Of a stretch of 64,000 bases of DNA, positions 62,710 to 64,000 are shown piece after piece. Within the stretch, counting starts at the first letter, position 1. Every line of letters begins with the position of its first letter. The stretch comes from an uncultured Chloroflexia bacterium. Its GTDB lineage: Bacteria; Chloroflexota; Limnocylindria; Limnocylindrales; CSP1-4. The DNA lies in NCBI GenBank assembly GCA_963748625.1, contig CAVVJT010000010.1, positions 768,001 through 832,000 of the forward strand. The letters are read 5' to 3'. The translations under genes and the position numbers were made by a program. The notes under the pieces were generated by a model. It saw nothing but the letters and a program-made list of their open reading frames with translations. It did no database searches and was not told the DNA's origin.

Positions 62710-63678
62710 CTACGCGCTCTTGCGCCGACGGGCGGGACGGACCGCCTCGGAACCGGCGTCGGCATCCGCGTCGGCCGTCGTCTCGGGCTCTGCCGCGGTC
62801 GCGGCAGCCGCCTTCGGCGCGGACTTGCGGCTCGAGCGCTGCTCCTTGGCCTCGTCGACGGACACCGGGGCCACCGACGCCTTCGCGCGCGTGTCGGCCG
62901 CGGCCTTCACGCTGGCCTCGAGCAGCTTCATGAGATCAACGATATTGGAGGTCTCCTCGACGGGCTCGGGCTGGGCGACCTCGACGCCCTCGATCTTGGC
63001 CTCGATGACCTTGAGCAACGCCTCGCGGTACTCGTCCTTGTACCGGGCGGGGTCGAACTCCTCGGTCATCGCCTCCACGAGCTGCTCGGCCATCCTGATC
63101 TCGGCGGGCTTGAACTCCTGCTCCTCGGCGGGCAGGTCCAGCTCCTTGCTGGACCGGATCTCATCAGGCCAGTGGAGCGTGGTGAGGAGCATCGTGTCCT
63201 CGTAGGGGTCGATGACGGCCAGCGCCTCGCGATCCCGGATGACGACCTTGCAGATGGCCGTGAGGTCCTTCGCCGCCAGGACGGAGCGCAGCAGGTAGAA
63301 GGCCTTGCGCCCGATCTTGTCGGGCTCGATCAGGTAGGCCTGCTTGGTGAAGCGGGCGTGCTCCTCGACGGTCTTCGCGCGGGGGGCGAACTGCTCGATC
63401 TCGATGGCGCGAACCGTCTTGAGCGGGACCTTGTCGAGGTCCTCGTCGGTGATGACCACGTACTGGTCCGGGGCGTACTCGTACCCCTTGACCGTGTCGG
63501 AGCGGGAGATGACCTCCTCGTCCGTGGGACACCAGACCTTCATCTGGATGCGGGTGTTGTCCTTCGCGTGGAGCATGTTGAAGCGGATGGCGTAGTCGGA
63601 CTCGGTGGCGGTGTAGAGCTTGACCGGGATGGTCACCAGCCCGAACTGGATGGCGCCCTTCCACATCGAGCGAGGCAC
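62710..63678 (-). CDS. ku: NHEJ Ku protein
   Basis: WKGAIQFGLVTIPVKLY, KGYEY, LHWPDEIR, YKDEY, VDLM.LLEAS, basic C-terminal tail. Confidence 0.96.
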   Translation of the reverse strand: MPRSMWKGAIQFGLVTIPVKLYTATESDYAIRFNMLHAKDNTRIQMKVWCPTDEEVISRSDTVKGYEYAPDQYVVITDEDLDKVPLKTVRAIEIEQFAPRAKTVEEHARFTKQAYLIEPDKIGRKAFYLLRSVLAAKDLTAICKVVIRDREALAVIDPYEDTMLLTTLHWPDEIRSSKELDLPAEEQEFKPAEIRMAEQLVEAMTEEFDPARYKDEYREALLKVIEAKIEGVEVAQPEPVEETSNIVDLMKLLEASVKAAADTRAKASVAPVSVDEAKEQRSSRKSAPKAAAATAAEPETTADADADAGSEAVRPARRRKSA

Positions 63679-63799
63679 GGTGCCGTCACGTCCTCCCGCG
63701 CCCGGTCCTGCGGGCGGCTCCCGGCGCCGCCCGGCCCTGCCGGGACGCAGACTCTACCACCGCGAGGCAAGGACGATGCCCGTGGGGACGGGACGCTGG

Positions 63800-64000
63800 C
63801 TAACGGATGACGACGAAGGCGTCGAGGTCCACGCGCGGGTGCCCGTCCGTGCCCGCGACCACGATCTTGATCATGTGCGGGCCGGCCGAGGCCCAGGTCT
63901 TGGTGAACAGCACGCGGCGCGACGTGAGGGTCTTGGCATAGAGGCCGACGCTGCCCACACGGGTCCCGTCGATCCAGATCGCGGCCCTGCCGCGGCCCGG
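63800..64000 (-). CDS. 3' end of a probable secreted protein (beta-sandwich C-terminal domain); partial
   Basis: GPGRGRAAIWIDGTRVGSVGLYA...HMIKIVVAGT.GHPRVDLDAFVVIR-stop. Confidence 0.7.
   Translation of the reverse strand, partial: PGRGRAAIWIDGTRVGSVGLYAKTLTSRRVLFTKTWASAGPHMIKIVVAGTDGHPRVDLDAFVVIR

Overview
Very GC-rich bacterial chromosomal window. Gene content and style suggest Chloroflexota, possibly Limnocylindria; this is inference only. There is no rRNA, tRNA, CRISPR array, prophage or transposase. Many conserved genes are split by 1-bp indels, most likely long-read assembly errors, so I re-joined them across frames. Contents from left to right: K+-independent H+-pyrophosphatase hppA (partial), lepB with two membrane genes including a degenerate NuoN/MrpD-like subunit, ndk, a Pro/Glu-repeat TPR-like protein, an M16 peptidase, a BMP-family nucleoside-type ABC importer, the coaX-coaBC-panB-panC operon, MFS/DRTGG/gdhA/DegV/ggt/azlCD genes, RidA, an M20 peptidase, a cyanophycin locus, GT87, an MFS, a class II amidotransferase, an ECF sigma factor with a large repeat membrane partner, nei and long-form lhr separated by a DrrAB-type exporter, an AcuC deacetylase-GNAT fusion, tatA, YyaL, two putative cysteine peptidases, and ku-ligD. 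The best candidates for something new are: (1) a cyanophycin-synthetase paralog that keeps an N-terminal CphA-like start and an intact Mur-like domain but lacks the ATP-grasp domain, lying beside cphB-cphA and divergent from an M20 peptidase; (2) a lysine deacetylase fused to a GNAT acetyltransferase; (3) a ~190-bp palindromic dispersed element present twice, plus other small inverted-repeat elements; (4) an ECF partner built from three TM+Ig-like modules, with a duplicated promoter flanking an 18-bp VNTR; (5) pervasive leaderless gene starts.
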